From Pirellulales bacterium (GTDB lineage Bacteria; Planctomycetota; Planctomycetia; Pirellulales; UBA1268), in assembly GCA_044346905.1 (NCBI GenBank), contig JBIIYH010000001.1:1-46322 (forward strand): DNA of 46,322 nt, read 5' to 3'. The notes beneath the pieces were generated by a model. It was not told the DNA's origin. It did no database searches and saw only the letters and a program-made list of their open reading frames with translations. A program made the translations under genes and the position numbers. Positions 27,110 to 36,332 of the stretch are shown here, one piece after another (the stretch's first letter is position 1; every line of letters begins with the position of its first letter).

Positions 27110-28527
27110 GGGGAAGGCGGCTCCGGGGAGGCCGGTCGTGCGCAGTAGAGCGGGAACGTGGTTCGGCGCAGCATGCCGACGCAGGCGGCGATCTTGGCTC
27201 GCACGTCGGGCGTGTCGAGGAAATACAGGCTGGCGGCATGCCTTGCGGCGACGTCCTCGGGCGGCAACTCACCCCGCATGTCGGTCGCGATCAGGGCCCA
27301 GGATTCGGCTCCGCTGCCCGAGTTCCGCACGGCCTGCCGGGCATGGACGGTGAAGACGACCAGGGCGGTCAGGCAGAGGATCGCCTGCGCCCCCCGGGCC
27401 GTGATCGTCTGCGGCAGGGCCGCCCAAACGAGGCCCAGGGTCAGAGGGATGGCCAGCGCCAGCGTGGAATAATGGCCGTAGAGATGGGTGAAGTCCCGGG
27501 TGCCGCGGCCGTAGCCGATCGCTACCGCGACCAGGCCCAGGCAGGCGAGGTAGCCCACGAGGATGACAAGGCCGCGCCGGTCCGGCCCGCCGGCGACCGA
27601 CCGGCGGAGGGCCGGCACCGCGGCGGCCAGGGTGCCGGCGATCGCGAGGATCGTCGCCAGCCGCCAGGGCTCCCGCATCCGAGCGACCGGGCTGCCAGGG
27701 TACGAGGAGAGCATATCTACGCTCGCGACCAGAGTCTGCCACGGTCCGGCATAGCCGTCGGCCGGGCCAAGCTTCAGCGTGGCGACGTAGCCGAACGCCA
27801 CCGCGGCCGTGACGACCGCGCCGGCCGCAGCGAGCCCGCGGGCCATCGGGGGCGACTGGCTGCCGGCGGAGGCGGGCCAGACGGCCTCGGCGGCCAGCAG
27901 GAGCGCGGCTCCGACAGAGACCAGCAGACCGCTCGAGCCCGTCAAGGGGAGCAGGCAGGCGAGGATCGCCAGCGCGGCTGCCCGCCAGGGGGCCGCGGGT
28001 GAGCCGGCCACCGCCACGGCGACGAACAGCCCGCCCAGCACCGTCGTGAGGAGGAACTGAGAATGAAACGCCCATACGAGAGCTCCCTGCCCGAGGTGGA
28101 GCAGCACCGCGGGAAACAGGATGTCGGTCCAGGCCGCCCGCCCGCGGAGCCGCGCCGCGGCGACGATCAGGGCCGCCGCCGTGGCCGAGAGGAGCAGGGC
28201 GTTGAACGCGAGGGTCCAGCGATAGTCGGCCCCCGAGAGCCGGCCCAGCCCGAGGAACACGAGCTTCACGAGCGGAATCCGATGCTCGTTGTGCTGCCTC
28301 CAGAGCCAGTTCGCCGTGACCGCCTTGTCGCCGGTCAGGTAGGGCACGATGTCGAAGTCGTCGCTCCACGGGAGCCAGCGGCCGTGGACGGCGGTGGCGA
28401 CCAGTGCCAGGAGCGTGGCCGCGGCCCAGCCGCCCCAGACGATCCGGTGTTGCCACCGCGGGTCGACCGCAGAGCCGAACGGCCGCACGCGGGCGAGGGG
28501 TTCTTCCCTGCTCACAGAACGGTTCAT
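27106..28527 (-). CDS. polytopic integral membrane protein of unknown function (glycan locus)
   Basis: 473 aa with about 10 or more hydrophobic segments. An early loop carries WRQHNEHRIPL. Translationally coupled to the downstream methyltransferase. Family not recognised. Confidence 0.65.
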   Translation of the reverse strand: MNRSVSREEPLARVRPFGSAVDPRWQHRIVWGGWAAATLLALVATAVHGRWLPWSDDFDIVPYLTGDKAVTANWLWRQHNEHRIPLVKLVFLGLGRLSGADYRWTLAFNALLLSATAAALIVAAARLRGRAAWTDILFPAVLLHLGQGALVWAFHSQFLLTTVLGGLFVAVAVAGSPAAPWRAAALAILACLLPLTGSSGLLVSVGAALLLAAEAVWPASAGSQSPPMARGLAAAGAVVTAAVAFGYVATLKLGPADGYAGPWQTLVASVDMLSSYPGSPVARMREPWRLATILAIAGTLAAAVPALRRSVAGGPDRRGLVILVGYLACLGLVAVAIGYGRGTRDFTHLYGHYSTLALAIPLTLGLVWAALPQTITARGAQAILCLTALVVFTVHARQAVRNSGSGAESWALIATDMRGELPPEDVAARHAASLYFLDTPDVRAKIAACVGMLRRTTFPLYCARPASPEPPSP

Positions 28528-28556
28528 CGCGGGCGGAAACTCCTCGGTGGCGGCTG

Positions 28557-31500
28557 TCAGCGGGTGGCGACGCGACGGGTGTCGGAGCCCCGGACGCGTC
28601 CTTCGGCTTTGCGCCGGCGGTCGACGACGATGACGTCGAGGTACGCCGCCACCATGCCCAGCGCCGGAATCTCCACCATGATCCGCCGGGCGTCGTCACC
28701 CGTGCAAGCACGGATTCGCTCGACGATGTCGTAGCCCCAGTCCCAGGTGACGAGCGACCCGTCGGCCGACATCGGATTGCCGTGAAACTCGGGGGGCTCG
28801 AGGTGCCGCACGCCCTCCGCTCCCCGCTCCGCCCGCTGGCGGGAGGCCGCCGCGCCCCGCACCAGGGGCGTGGTCAGCAGATGCGCTCCGCCGGGCCGCA
28901 GCGTTCGCTGCACCTCACGGAAGGCAGCCTCGGGGTCGAAGACATGCTCGAAGACATCCTGGGTGATCACGACGTCGAACGAGCCGGAGTCGAAGGTCTG
29001 CCGCTCGAGATCCTCGGACCGCCAGCGGCCCTGCGGCTCGAGCATGCCGAACGGGGTCGCCGGGTCGTACTGGGAGGGCACGTAGCCGGGGCACTCACGG
29101 GCGAGCTTGCCGCTCAGACCCCGCATCTCCGGCGACGACTCGTGGATCCGCAGCCGGCGCCAGTCGGGAAACCGGATCTGGAGCGCGAGCATCAGGGCCC
29201 GCTCCCGGGGCAAGGAATGACACCGCTCGCAGATGTAGTGGTCCCGGAGCCAGGCCTCGGTGGAGGAGAACGTCGTGGCCTGTTCGCAGATCGGGCACCA
29301 GCCCGCGTGTCGCAGCACGTAGCCGGGAGGGGCGGCCGGCACCGCGGCCGGTGACGGCGGCAGGGGAGCGGGCTTGGCGGGCCGCACGCCGTCGAGCACC
29401 AGCTGCACGAGGTCGGCAAGATCGCCATGTTGCCTGGCGATGATCTCGGCGTGGCGGGCGAGGAGCCGTTCCCGCGGGGGTGGCCCGTGCCAGGCCTGGA
29501 GGATCGCCCCCGCGATCGAGTCGATATCCCGCGGGTCGCAGAACACCGCCGCCTCGCCGCAGATTTCCGGGATCGCCGCCACGGCGGCCACCACCGCGGG
29601 CGTGCCATACCGCATCGCCTCCACCGGCGGGTAGCCGAAGCCCTCGTTGAACGACGCGTAGACGAGCATCCGGGCCCGCTCGAGCAGGTATTCGAGCTGC
29701 CCCGGCGACACCTCGGGAATCGCCGTGAACCGCTCGGGGTGGGCGAGCTCGCCGAGGCCAAGCTCGGCGAGCGACGAGATCCCGACGAACACCACCCGCA
29801 GGTCCGCCAGCCCGAAGGGATCCCCTGCGGCGGCGAACAGGCGGTCGAAGGCGGCTGCCACCGACGGGGCGTTTTTCTCCGGCCGGCCCGCGTGCAGCAC
29901 CAAGGCGAACGGGCGGCCGTCCGAGGCGATTCCGTGACCGCGGTAGGGCGTCGGCTCCGGTCGGTCCTTCTCGGCCGAAGCGAGCACGACGAACCGCCCG
30001 GCCGGCGGAGCGAACTCCGCCTCGATCACCTCCCGGCAATACCGCGAGACGGTCACGAGCGTGTCGACGTGGGGGTCGTGGCAGAGCGTGGAATACATCG
30101 CCGCCAGCGAAGCGGGATCGGGTGCGGAACTCGAGAGGAACGAGCCCGGGCCGGCCGCCTGGGGCCGCCAGCCGGCCCGCACGAGCGCCGCGGTGATCCC
30201 CTCGCGGTCGCGGATCAACTGCAGGTCGCGAATGTCGTGCAGCGTGCCGACGATCCGTGTCCGGCCACCCGTGAACGGCAGCCTGGTGCCGGCCCGCTGC
30301 ATGTACTCGTAGCCCGTGTAGACGACGATCGCCGGACAGAAGAAGGCGTCGAAGCGGCCTGAGTTCACCAGCTCGACGATATCGGCGTAGGACCGGACCG
30401 CGATCACGCGGATTGCCAGCCGCCGGCACTCGGCGAGCACCCAGGGATCGATGTGGAGCGCTGGGTCGAGTGCCGCCCAGACGACGACGTCGCCACGGGC
30501 GGCCGCGGCCCGGGCCAGGCCCCGGAACACCGCCTTGCCGTACTCGCCGCCGCCGTGGTATCCGGGCTGGCAGAAGAACAGGTCGACGAGCACGTGCCGC
30601 TTCGGCCCGGCCACGAGGGTGGGCAGCGACTCGCTGCGGCAGTCGAGCGGCGTGCCGCGGCAGGCGGCCGCGAAGTTGTCGAGTTCGCCGGCGGCCAGCC
30701 CGGCGGCCCGCGCCGCGTTCTCGTAGCCGAGCCGCATCTTGGTGGCGCTCGGCAGCGCGCCGGTGGAGACGCCCTCCTCGTGGAGGATCTTGAGCTCGGG
30801 CGAGTAGGCCAGGAAGTGGCCGGCGAGCAGGGCGTCGACGGCGAACAGGAACTCCTCACCGTAGAGCTTGGTGCGCTCGTCGAACAGGGTCGGCATGCCC
30901 CGGACGAAGACCGGCGAGAGGATGATCGCCGCACCCTGGAGGAGCGGATTGGCAAGGAATGCCGCCTCGGGCGACCGCCGTCCGAGCCGGCGGAACCGCG
31001 GCTGGCCGGTCCGCTCGAAGTCGGCCCGGTCCTCGTGGTACATCGCCTCGAGCCGCCGCCACTCGTCCGGGCCGTAGACCGTGTCGTTCCAGGGGTTCTC
31101 CCGGCGGCCATCGGGCGTGACGATGTCGGGCCCGAGGACGGAACAGGCGGTCTCTTGAAACAGCCGCTCGCAGCGGAGGATGAAGTCGGCCTGCTCGATC
31201 CGGGTGTCGTTGTTGATCACGGCGATGAAGGCGGCGCCGAGCCGGTCGCGGGCGTGGGCGTAGCCCGCGTTATTGCCGCCGGCGAAGCCCAGGTTGGCCC
31301 CCGTCTCCAGGAGCTCGACCGCGGGCATCGTGGCGATCGCCTCCCGGGTCGCCTCGACCACGTCGGCGGGCGAGCCGTTGTCGACCACCACGATCCGTAC
31401 CGGCCGGCGGCTCTCGAGCCGCACGAGCGATTCCAGGCACCGGGCCGTCACGTCGAACCGGCCGAACTGGAGCACGACGAAGCAGAACGGGGCGTCGGGA

Positions 31501-34500
31501 TCGTCTCCCCGGGCGACCGCCCAGGCGGTGGCCAGATCGCGGCGGTTGTCGAGCGGTGTCTCGACGCCTGCCGTTTCGGCCAGGACGCGGCCCGCCACGA
31601 GCCGCAGCCGGCCACCGGCCGAGGTCAACTGCCCGAGGAGGGCGGTATGGTCGGCGAGGAAGCCGGATCGCGCCCGGTCCGGTTCCCCGCCCGCGACCGC
31701 CGTGACCCGCGACCAGGCATGCTGTCGCAGTTCGGCCGGCTCTCGAGGCAGCGAATCGGCCGCCGCAGCGGGGCCCGCTGCGGCGACGGAGCGACGGGCC
31801 GGTGGGCGGACACCGAGCGCTGCGGCCGTCTCTTCGAGGTAGGCGTAGCCGTGCTGGATGTCGGGCTCGAGGTGGGCCCCCTCGGCCCATTCGTTCCAGG
31901 CGTTGACGAACACCAGCCGATGCTCGGGGGGCTGCTCGCGGACCGTGCGGTCGATGGTCGCCCGCAGCCAGGCGGCGTAGCGGGCCGGCGTCGAGCCGAT
32001 CCAGGAAGTGGCCCTTTCCAGCCGCCGGGCCGTGTTGTCCCAGGCCGGCATCAGGCCCCGGTACATGCGATATCCGGCCGCGGCTTCGGCCAGCGAGAAC
32101 GCCGTCGCCTCGGCGTAGTCGTGGATGCTGCCGGAGAACCCCGGGACCGCGGCCAGCCCGGGGTCTCTGGCCATGTTGCGGGCGGGGATTTGGAGCGGTG
32201 GAAACTGGATCGCCGCGTCGAATCCGAACCGGGCCGGGTCATCCTTGGAGAAGCTGCGGACCGCCACCAGGTGAATCTCGCCGATCCCTGCCCGACGGCA
32301 CTCCTCCCGCCAGGTGGCCGCCGCCCGCTTTGGATCGGCGAGCGACTCGGGGCGGTAGATGGCCAGGAGCGGTCGGCCGGCCACGCGGATGTATCGCGGG
32401 TCGCCCAGGAGCGGGATCACGTCCCGGATGAAGTCGCGGTCGGCCGCAGGCTCGTGCGACTGCGCCATCAGGATCTCGGTGTCGTGGCCGTCCCACGTCC
32501 GGGTCCAGTTCTCGTTGGCCCAGCAGATGCAGAAGGGGAACTTCGGCCGCCCCGAGCGGAGCATCTCGTCGAGCGGCTTCTCCAGGAGCCGCCGGCCCCC
32601 GAACCAGTAGTAATAGAAGCAGAAGCCGTGGATCCCGTGGGCTGCGGCCATCGCGGCCTGCCGTTCGAGCACGGCCGGGTCGGAGAGATCGTAATAGCCG
32701 ACGTCCGGGTGCGGCACGTGCGGCTGACCGTGGCCCGCGTACATCGGCCGACCGCGGCGGACGTTGGTCCACTCCGTGAAACCCTCGCCCCACCAGGCGT
32801 CGTTTTCCGGGATTCGGTGGAACTGGGGCAGATGCATGGCGATCAGCCGCACGCCCGCATCAGGCGTGACCATCGCGGGCCGCCGCGCCGCGGCCATCGG
32901 AGCCGGCGGGGCCATCGGGGCTGGCCGCTGCGCTGGCTGCTGGCCGCTCGTCAGGGCCGCGGGAGCCGGCGGGGCCGGCAGTCGGCCGGCCTGCCACTCG
33001 CGGTACGAGTCGCTCCAGCGGAACAGGGGCGCGAGCCTCGTGAACAGCCGGTGCCTCAGCCGCTGCTTGGCCGGGATCGAGAGCGGCAGCTTCCGCCACC
33101 AGCGGCGGCCCGTCGCCGAGATGGTGCGCCTCAGCCAGTCGGCCGGCCGGGAGACGGCCCGGCGGCGAATGGACCGCAGCGGCCTGGTGAGCTTCCAGGA
33201 TTTGCTGCCCTGAAGTTGGGCGAGCTCGTCGGCGAGCTCGTGCACGGCCTGTTCGCTGTCGCTGCCGCGGCGCTCGGCGGCAGACAGCCGCGAGCAGAGC
33301 TCCGCGACTTCGGCCTCCCGCTCGGAGCGGCCGCGGAGGGCCGCTGCCGCCGACTCCGCGGCCTGCCGCTGCACGGATTCCAGTCGCGATTCGAGGTCCC
33401 GGCTGTGTTCCGCGGCGGCCTGCAGGCCGCGCTCGAGCCGGGCCAAGTGGGCATCCCGCTCCGCGATGGCCGCACGGTGGTCGGCCAGTTGCCGCTCTCG
33501 CTCGGCCAGCGAGCGGTCGTGCTCGGCAAGCCGCTCGTGCAGTTCGGCCGCCTGCCCCTCGAGGTCGGCGATCCGCCCCTGCCGCGCGGCCAGTTCGTCC
33601 GCCAGATCGGCCGCCGCTGCATCCCGACCGGCGAGCTCCTGAGCCCGGCTGGCGATCTGCTCTTCAAGTCCGGCGATCCGGGACCGGTCCGCGGCGACAT
33701 CCTGGTCGCGTTCGAGGAGCCGGCCCCGGGTCGCTGCCAACTCCTGCTGCACGCCCTCGAGCCTGGCGGTGAGGGTCGCCGTCTGGGCCGCTTCCTCCTT
33801 GACCGCCTGCTCCCGACTCGCCTGGGACGCCGCCAGGTCGGCGGCCAGCCGTTCATTGGCCTGATCGGACTCGTCGACCGCTGACTCCAGCAACCGCGTC
33901 CGGGCCACGAGGCCACAGTTGCGGCTCCACTCCTCGAAACCGTGGACCGCGATCGCCTGACTCCCGGTCGCCAGCGGCTGCGGGACCGCCGCACCGGCCC
34001 TGGCAGCCAGCTCCGCATAGAGTTCGAGGGCTTCCGGGCAGGCGGCGGCCAGGAAGTCGCTCCGCGCGGCTTCGACGGTCGAGGAGAGCAGCTCCGGCTG
34101 ATAGCGATCCGGCGGCGGCTCGAGTGGCACCCGTAGGGTCCGCCGCACCGCCTGGAACACCTTGTCCGGCGCGGCGACGAGCTGCGACAGATCGCAGACG
34201 AGCGACCGCTCCGGGTGCCCGGCGGCAAAGTCGCGGATCAGGCGGTTGTAGTGCAGCCACACCTGGATCGCGAACGGCGGATTCGTGCGAAACGCCTCGT
34301 CGCCGCGGCGGTAGAGCGAGTCGACGACCTCCCAGGGCCGGCGGATCACGAACAGGAACCGCGCTTCGGGCAGCAGGTCGGCCCAGAACTCGAGGTGCAG
34401 GGTGGTGCGGGGATCCTTCCAGCCCCAAGGCATGTTCCGCTCGCGCCGCGCGGCCACGAGCTTCTCGGCTTCCTGACGGAGCCGGTCGGGCACCTGGGGC

Positions 34501-34742
34501 GTGGCCACCGTGACGAAGCCCTCCGGCATCAGCCCGTTGGTCCGGAGCACGAGCTGGTGCCACTCCACGAACTGGAGGTCCTCGAAGTGCCCCGCCTCGT
34601 TGCCCCGGTATGAGCCCAGCAGCTGGTCGCCCACTTGCAGGCCCGCTGCCTGGCAGAGCGACGCCAGGAGCGAGGTGCCCGAGCGGTGCATGCCCGCGAT
34701 CACGAGGGCCGGCGGGCGGTCCGTATTGGCTGGTCGGTTCAT
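28557..34742 (-). CDS. 2,061-aa multidomain glycan assembly protein: sulfotransferase, coiled coil, WbsX, GT2, GT4, Zn-ribbon/SAM methyltransferase
   Basis: Uninterrupted ORF. Start taken at ATG 34742 (MNRPANTDRPPALVIAGMHRSGTSLL), because the track start at 35183 overlaps rfbC.
- ~34085-34742: sulfotransferase (GMHRSGTS, IRRPWEVVDS).
- ~33210-33870: coiled coil of ~219 aa ending in SKSWKLTRPLR.
- ~31815-32850: WbsX (LPQFHRIPENDAWWGEGFTEWTNV, CWANENWTR).
- ~30770-31490: GT2 (VVVDNGS, LGFAGGNN, NNDT).
- ~29470-30600: GT4 (SFNEGFGYPPVEAMRYGTPAV).
- ~28600-29330: CxxC..CxxC ribbon plus methyltransferase (DVVITQDVFEHVFDP..L.PGG). Confidence 0.85.
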   Translation of the reverse strand: MNRPANTDRPPALVIAGMHRSGTSLLASLCQAAGLQVGDQLLGSYRGNEAGHFEDLQFVEWHQLVLRTNGLMPEGFVTVATPQVPDRLRQEAEKLVAARRERNMPWGWKDPRTTLHLEFWADLLPEARFLFVIRRPWEVVDSLYRRGDEAFRTNPPFAIQVWLHYNRLIRDFAAGHPERSLVCDLSQLVAAPDKVFQAVRRTLRVPLEPPPDRYQPELLSSTVEAARSDFLAAACPEALELYAELAARAGAAVPQPLATGSQAIAVHGFEEWSRNCGLVARTRLLESAVDESDQANERLAADLAASQASREQAVKEEAAQTATLTARLEGVQQELAATRGRLLERDQDVAADRSRIAGLEEQIASRAQELAGRDAAAADLADELAARQGRIADLEGQAAELHERLAEHDRSLAERERQLADHRAAIAERDAHLARLERGLQAAAEHSRDLESRLESVQRQAAESAAAALRGRSEREAEVAELCSRLSAAERRGSDSEQAVHELADELAQLQGSKSWKLTRPLRSIRRRAVSRPADWLRRTISATGRRWWRKLPLSIPAKQRLRHRLFTRLAPLFRWSDSYREWQAGRLPAPPAPAALTSGQQPAQRPAPMAPPAPMAAARRPAMVTPDAGVRLIAMHLPQFHRIPENDAWWGEGFTEWTNVRRGRPMYAGHGQPHVPHPDVGYYDLSDPAVLERQAAMAAAHGIHGFCFYYYWFGGRRLLEKPLDEMLRSGRPKFPFCICWANENWTRTWDGHDTEILMAQSHEPAADRDFIRDVIPLLGDPRYIRVAGRPLLAIYRPESLADPKRAAATWREECRRAGIGEIHLVAVRSFSKDDPARFGFDAAIQFPPLQIPARNMARDPGLAAVPGFSGSIHDYAEATAFSLAEAAAGYRMYRGLMPAWDNTARRLERATSWIGSTPARYAAWLRATIDRTVREQPPEHRLVFVNAWNEWAEGAHLEPDIQHGYAYLEETAAALGVRPPARRSVAAAGPAAAADSLPREPAELRQHAWSRVTAVAGGEPDRARSGFLADHTALLGQLTSAGGRLRLVAGRVLAETAGVETPLDNRRDLATAWAVARGDDPDAPFCFVVLQFGRFDVTARCLESLVRLESRRPVRIVVVDNGSPADVVEATREAIATMPAVELLETGANLGFAGGNNAGYAHARDRLGAAFIAVINNDTRIEQADFILRCERLFQETACSVLGPDIVTPDGRRENPWNDTVYGPDEWRRLEAMYHEDRADFERTGQPRFRRLGRRSPEAAFLANPLLQGAAIILSPVFVRGMPTLFDERTKLYGEEFLFAVDALLAGHFLAYSPELKILHEEGVSTGALPSATKMRLGYENAARAAGLAAGELDNFAAACRGTPLDCRSESLPTLVAGPKRHVLVDLFFCQPGYHGGGEYGKAVFRGLARAAAARGDVVVWAALDPALHIDPWVLAECRRLAIRVIAVRSYADIVELVNSGRFDAFFCPAIVVYTGYEYMQRAGTRLPFTGGRTRIVGTLHDIRDLQLIRDREGITAALVRAGWRPQAAGPGSFLSSSAPDPASLAAMYSTLCHDPHVDTLVTVSRYCREVIEAEFAPPAGRFVVLASAEKDRPEPTPYRGHGIASDGRPFALVLHAGRPEKNAPSVAAAFDRLFAAAGDPFGLADLRVVFVGISSLAELGLGELAHPERFTAIPEVSPGQLEYLLERARMLVYASFNEGFGYPPVEAMRYGTPAVVAAVAAIPEICGEAAVFCDPRDIDSIAGAILQAWHGPPPRERLLARHAEIIARQHGDLADLVQLVLDGVRPAKPAPLPPSPAAVPAAPPGYVLRHAGWCPICEQATTFSSTEAWLRDHYICERCHSLPRERALMLALQIRFPDWRRLRIHESSPEMRGLSGKLARECPGYVPSQYDPATPFGMLEPQGRWRSEDLERQTFDSGSFDVVITQDVFEHVFDPEAAFREVQRTLRPGGAHLLTTPLVRGAAASRQRAERGAEGVRHLEPPEFHGNPMSADGSLVTWDWGYDIVERIRACTGDDARRIMVEIPALGMVAAYLDVIVVDRRRKAEGRVRGSDTRRVATR

Positions 34743-34884
34743 GGCTCGCGGAATGGTTCCGGCCCGGCTGTGGCCGCCCCGGGGCTCGGCACCGGAGTCG
34801 CCGTCAAGCCTACCTTCAAAAACTGCCAGTGCCCGGCCCGCCGGGGCGGGTGAGCACCGCGGGAACCGGGACCGCCGGCCGGGG

Positions 34885-35415
34885 TCAGCCGACCAGGAGC
34901 GGGGCCGCGGCGTCCCGCGGGGAGAGCACGGGCGGGGCGGCCAGCGGCCACTGGATCGCCAGGGTCGGGTCGTCCCACCGGAGGCACTTTTCACAGCCCG
35001 GGGCGTAGAAGTCGGTGGTCTTGTAGAGGACGTCGGCCGATTCGGAGAGCACGAGAAATCCGTGAGCCAGACCCTCGGGCACCCAGAGTTGGCGGCGGTT
35101 TTCCGCCGAGAGCTCCACCCCCACCCAGTGGCCGAAGGTCGGGGAGCCGGGCCGGATGTCGGCGGCCACGTCGAAGATCGCACCGGCCAACGCGCGGACG
35201 AGTTTCCCCTGCGGATGAGGCTCCTGGTAATGCAGCCCGCGGAGCACGTGGCGACGGCTGGTGCTCTGGTTGTCCTGGACGAAGGCCACCTCCCACCCGA
35301 CCGCCGCGGCGAAGGCCCGGGCGTTGAAGCTCTCGAAGAACGAGCCGCGGTCGTCGGCGAACACCCGCGGCTCGAGCACGAGCACGCCGGGGATCTCGGT
35401 GGGCGTCACCTGCAT
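34885..35415 (-). CDS. rfbC: dTDP-4-dehydrorhamnose 3,5-epimerase
   Basis: 176 aa. Contains F.D.RG.F.E.F, LRGLHYQ, KLV and WVPEG.AHGF, the canonical RmlC cupin. Confidence 0.95.
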   Translation of the reverse strand: MQVTPTEIPGVLVLEPRVFADDRGSFFESFNARAFAAAVGWEVAFVQDNQSTSRRHVLRGLHYQEPHPQGKLVRALAGAIFDVAADIRPGSPTFGHWVGVELSAENRRQLWVPEGLAHGFLVLSESADVLYKTTDFYAPGCEKCLRWDDPTLAIQWPLAAPPVLSPRDAAAPLLVG

Positions 35416-36299
35416 GGCGCGAGCCCTTCCTCGGCGAGTTGGAGCAGGTATTCGCCGTAGCCGCTCTTCACGAGCGGCCCGGCCAAATCTCTCAGGGCCG
35501 CGTCGTCGATCCAGCCCTGCCGCCAGACGATCTCCTCCGGGCAGCAGATCTTCAGACCCTGCCGCTTTTCGAGCGACTGGATGAACTGCCCCGCCTCGAT
35601 CAAGCTGTCGTGGGTGCCGGTGTCGAGCCAGGCGTCGCCTCGGCCCAGGAGCTCGACGGCCAGGTCACCCCGTTCGAGATAGACCCGGTTCAAGTCGGTG
35701 ATCTCGAGCTCGCCGCGGGCCGAGGGTGTGATGCCGCGGGCGATTTCGCCGACCTGGGAGTCGTAGAAATAGAGGCCGGTCACGGCGTAGCGGCTGCGGG
35801 GCGCCTGGGGCTTCTCCTCGATCGACACCGCCCTGCCGGAAGCGTCGAACTCGACCACGCCGTACCGTTCCGGATCGGCCACGGGATAGGCGAACACGGT
35901 CGCGCCGCCCGGCCGCGCGGCCGCCGTTTGGAGTCGTTCGGCGAGGCCGTGCCCATAGAAGATGTTGTCGCCGAGCACGAGCACCGACGGCCCGCCGGCG
36001 AGGAAGTCGGCGCCGATCAGGAAGGCCTGGGCGAGGCCTTCCGGCTTGGGCTGCACGGCGTACTCGAGCCGGATGCCCCACTGGCTGCCGTCGCCGAGCA
36101 GGTCCCGAAACCGGGGCGTGTCGTGCGGGGTCGAGATCACCAGGATCTCCCGCACCCCGGCGAGCAAGAGCACGCTCAGCGGGTAGTAGACCATCGGCTT
36201 GTCGTAGACCGGCAGGAGCTGCTTCGAGACGGCGAGCGTGGCCGGATGAAGCCGCGTGCCGCTGCCGCCGGCGAGAATGATGCCCTTGCGTGTGGTCAT
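35406..36299 (-). CDS. rfbA: glucose-1-phosphate thymidylyltransferase
   Basis: 297 aa. Contains [16 protein letters not shown]...[17 protein letters not shown], canonical RmlA. Confidence 0.96.
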   Translation of the reverse strand: MTTRKGIILAGGSGTRLHPATLAVSKQLLPVYDKPMVYYPLSVLLLAGVREILVISTPHDTPRFRDLLGDGSQWGIRLEYAVQPKPEGLAQAFLIGADFLAGGPSVLVLGDNIFYGHGLAERLQTAAARPGGATVFAYPVADPERYGVVEFDASGRAVSIEEKPQAPRSRYAVTGLYFYDSQVGEIARGITPSARGELEITDLNRVYLERGDLAVELLGRGDAWLDTGTHDSLIEAGQFIQSLEKRQGLKICCPEEIVWRQGWIDDAALRDLAGPLVKSGYGEYLLQLAEEGLAPCR

Positions 36300-36332
36300 G
36301 CGGCGGGTCAGGACGAGGAGGGCGGGGTCGAG

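Noticed and set aside
30453-33884. 1,143-aa plus-strand ORF. Similar long ORFs occur at 35439-37274, 37719-39689, 38061-region alternates, 42361-43530 and 44787-46238.
   Set aside because: All are antisense to genes with strong family signatures (the giant glycan ORF, rfbA/rfbD, the SDRs, hemB, lysS). They are stop-poor frames typical of ~70% GC DNA.
34743-34884. Terminator or promoter in the 142-nt gap between rfbC and the giant ORF
   Set aside because: Only short GC hairpins with very small loops and a lone TTGACG without a credible -10 element are present. This is not enough evidence to call either.
34743-35183. N-terminal 147-aa extension of the giant ORF as given in the track (start 35183)
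   Set aside because: The extension overlaps the 3' part of rfbC in another frame and is Pro/Arg/Ser-rich without similarity to the paralogue. ATG 34742 aligns exactly with the start of the paralogous sulfotransferase (PPA.VIAGMHRSG).
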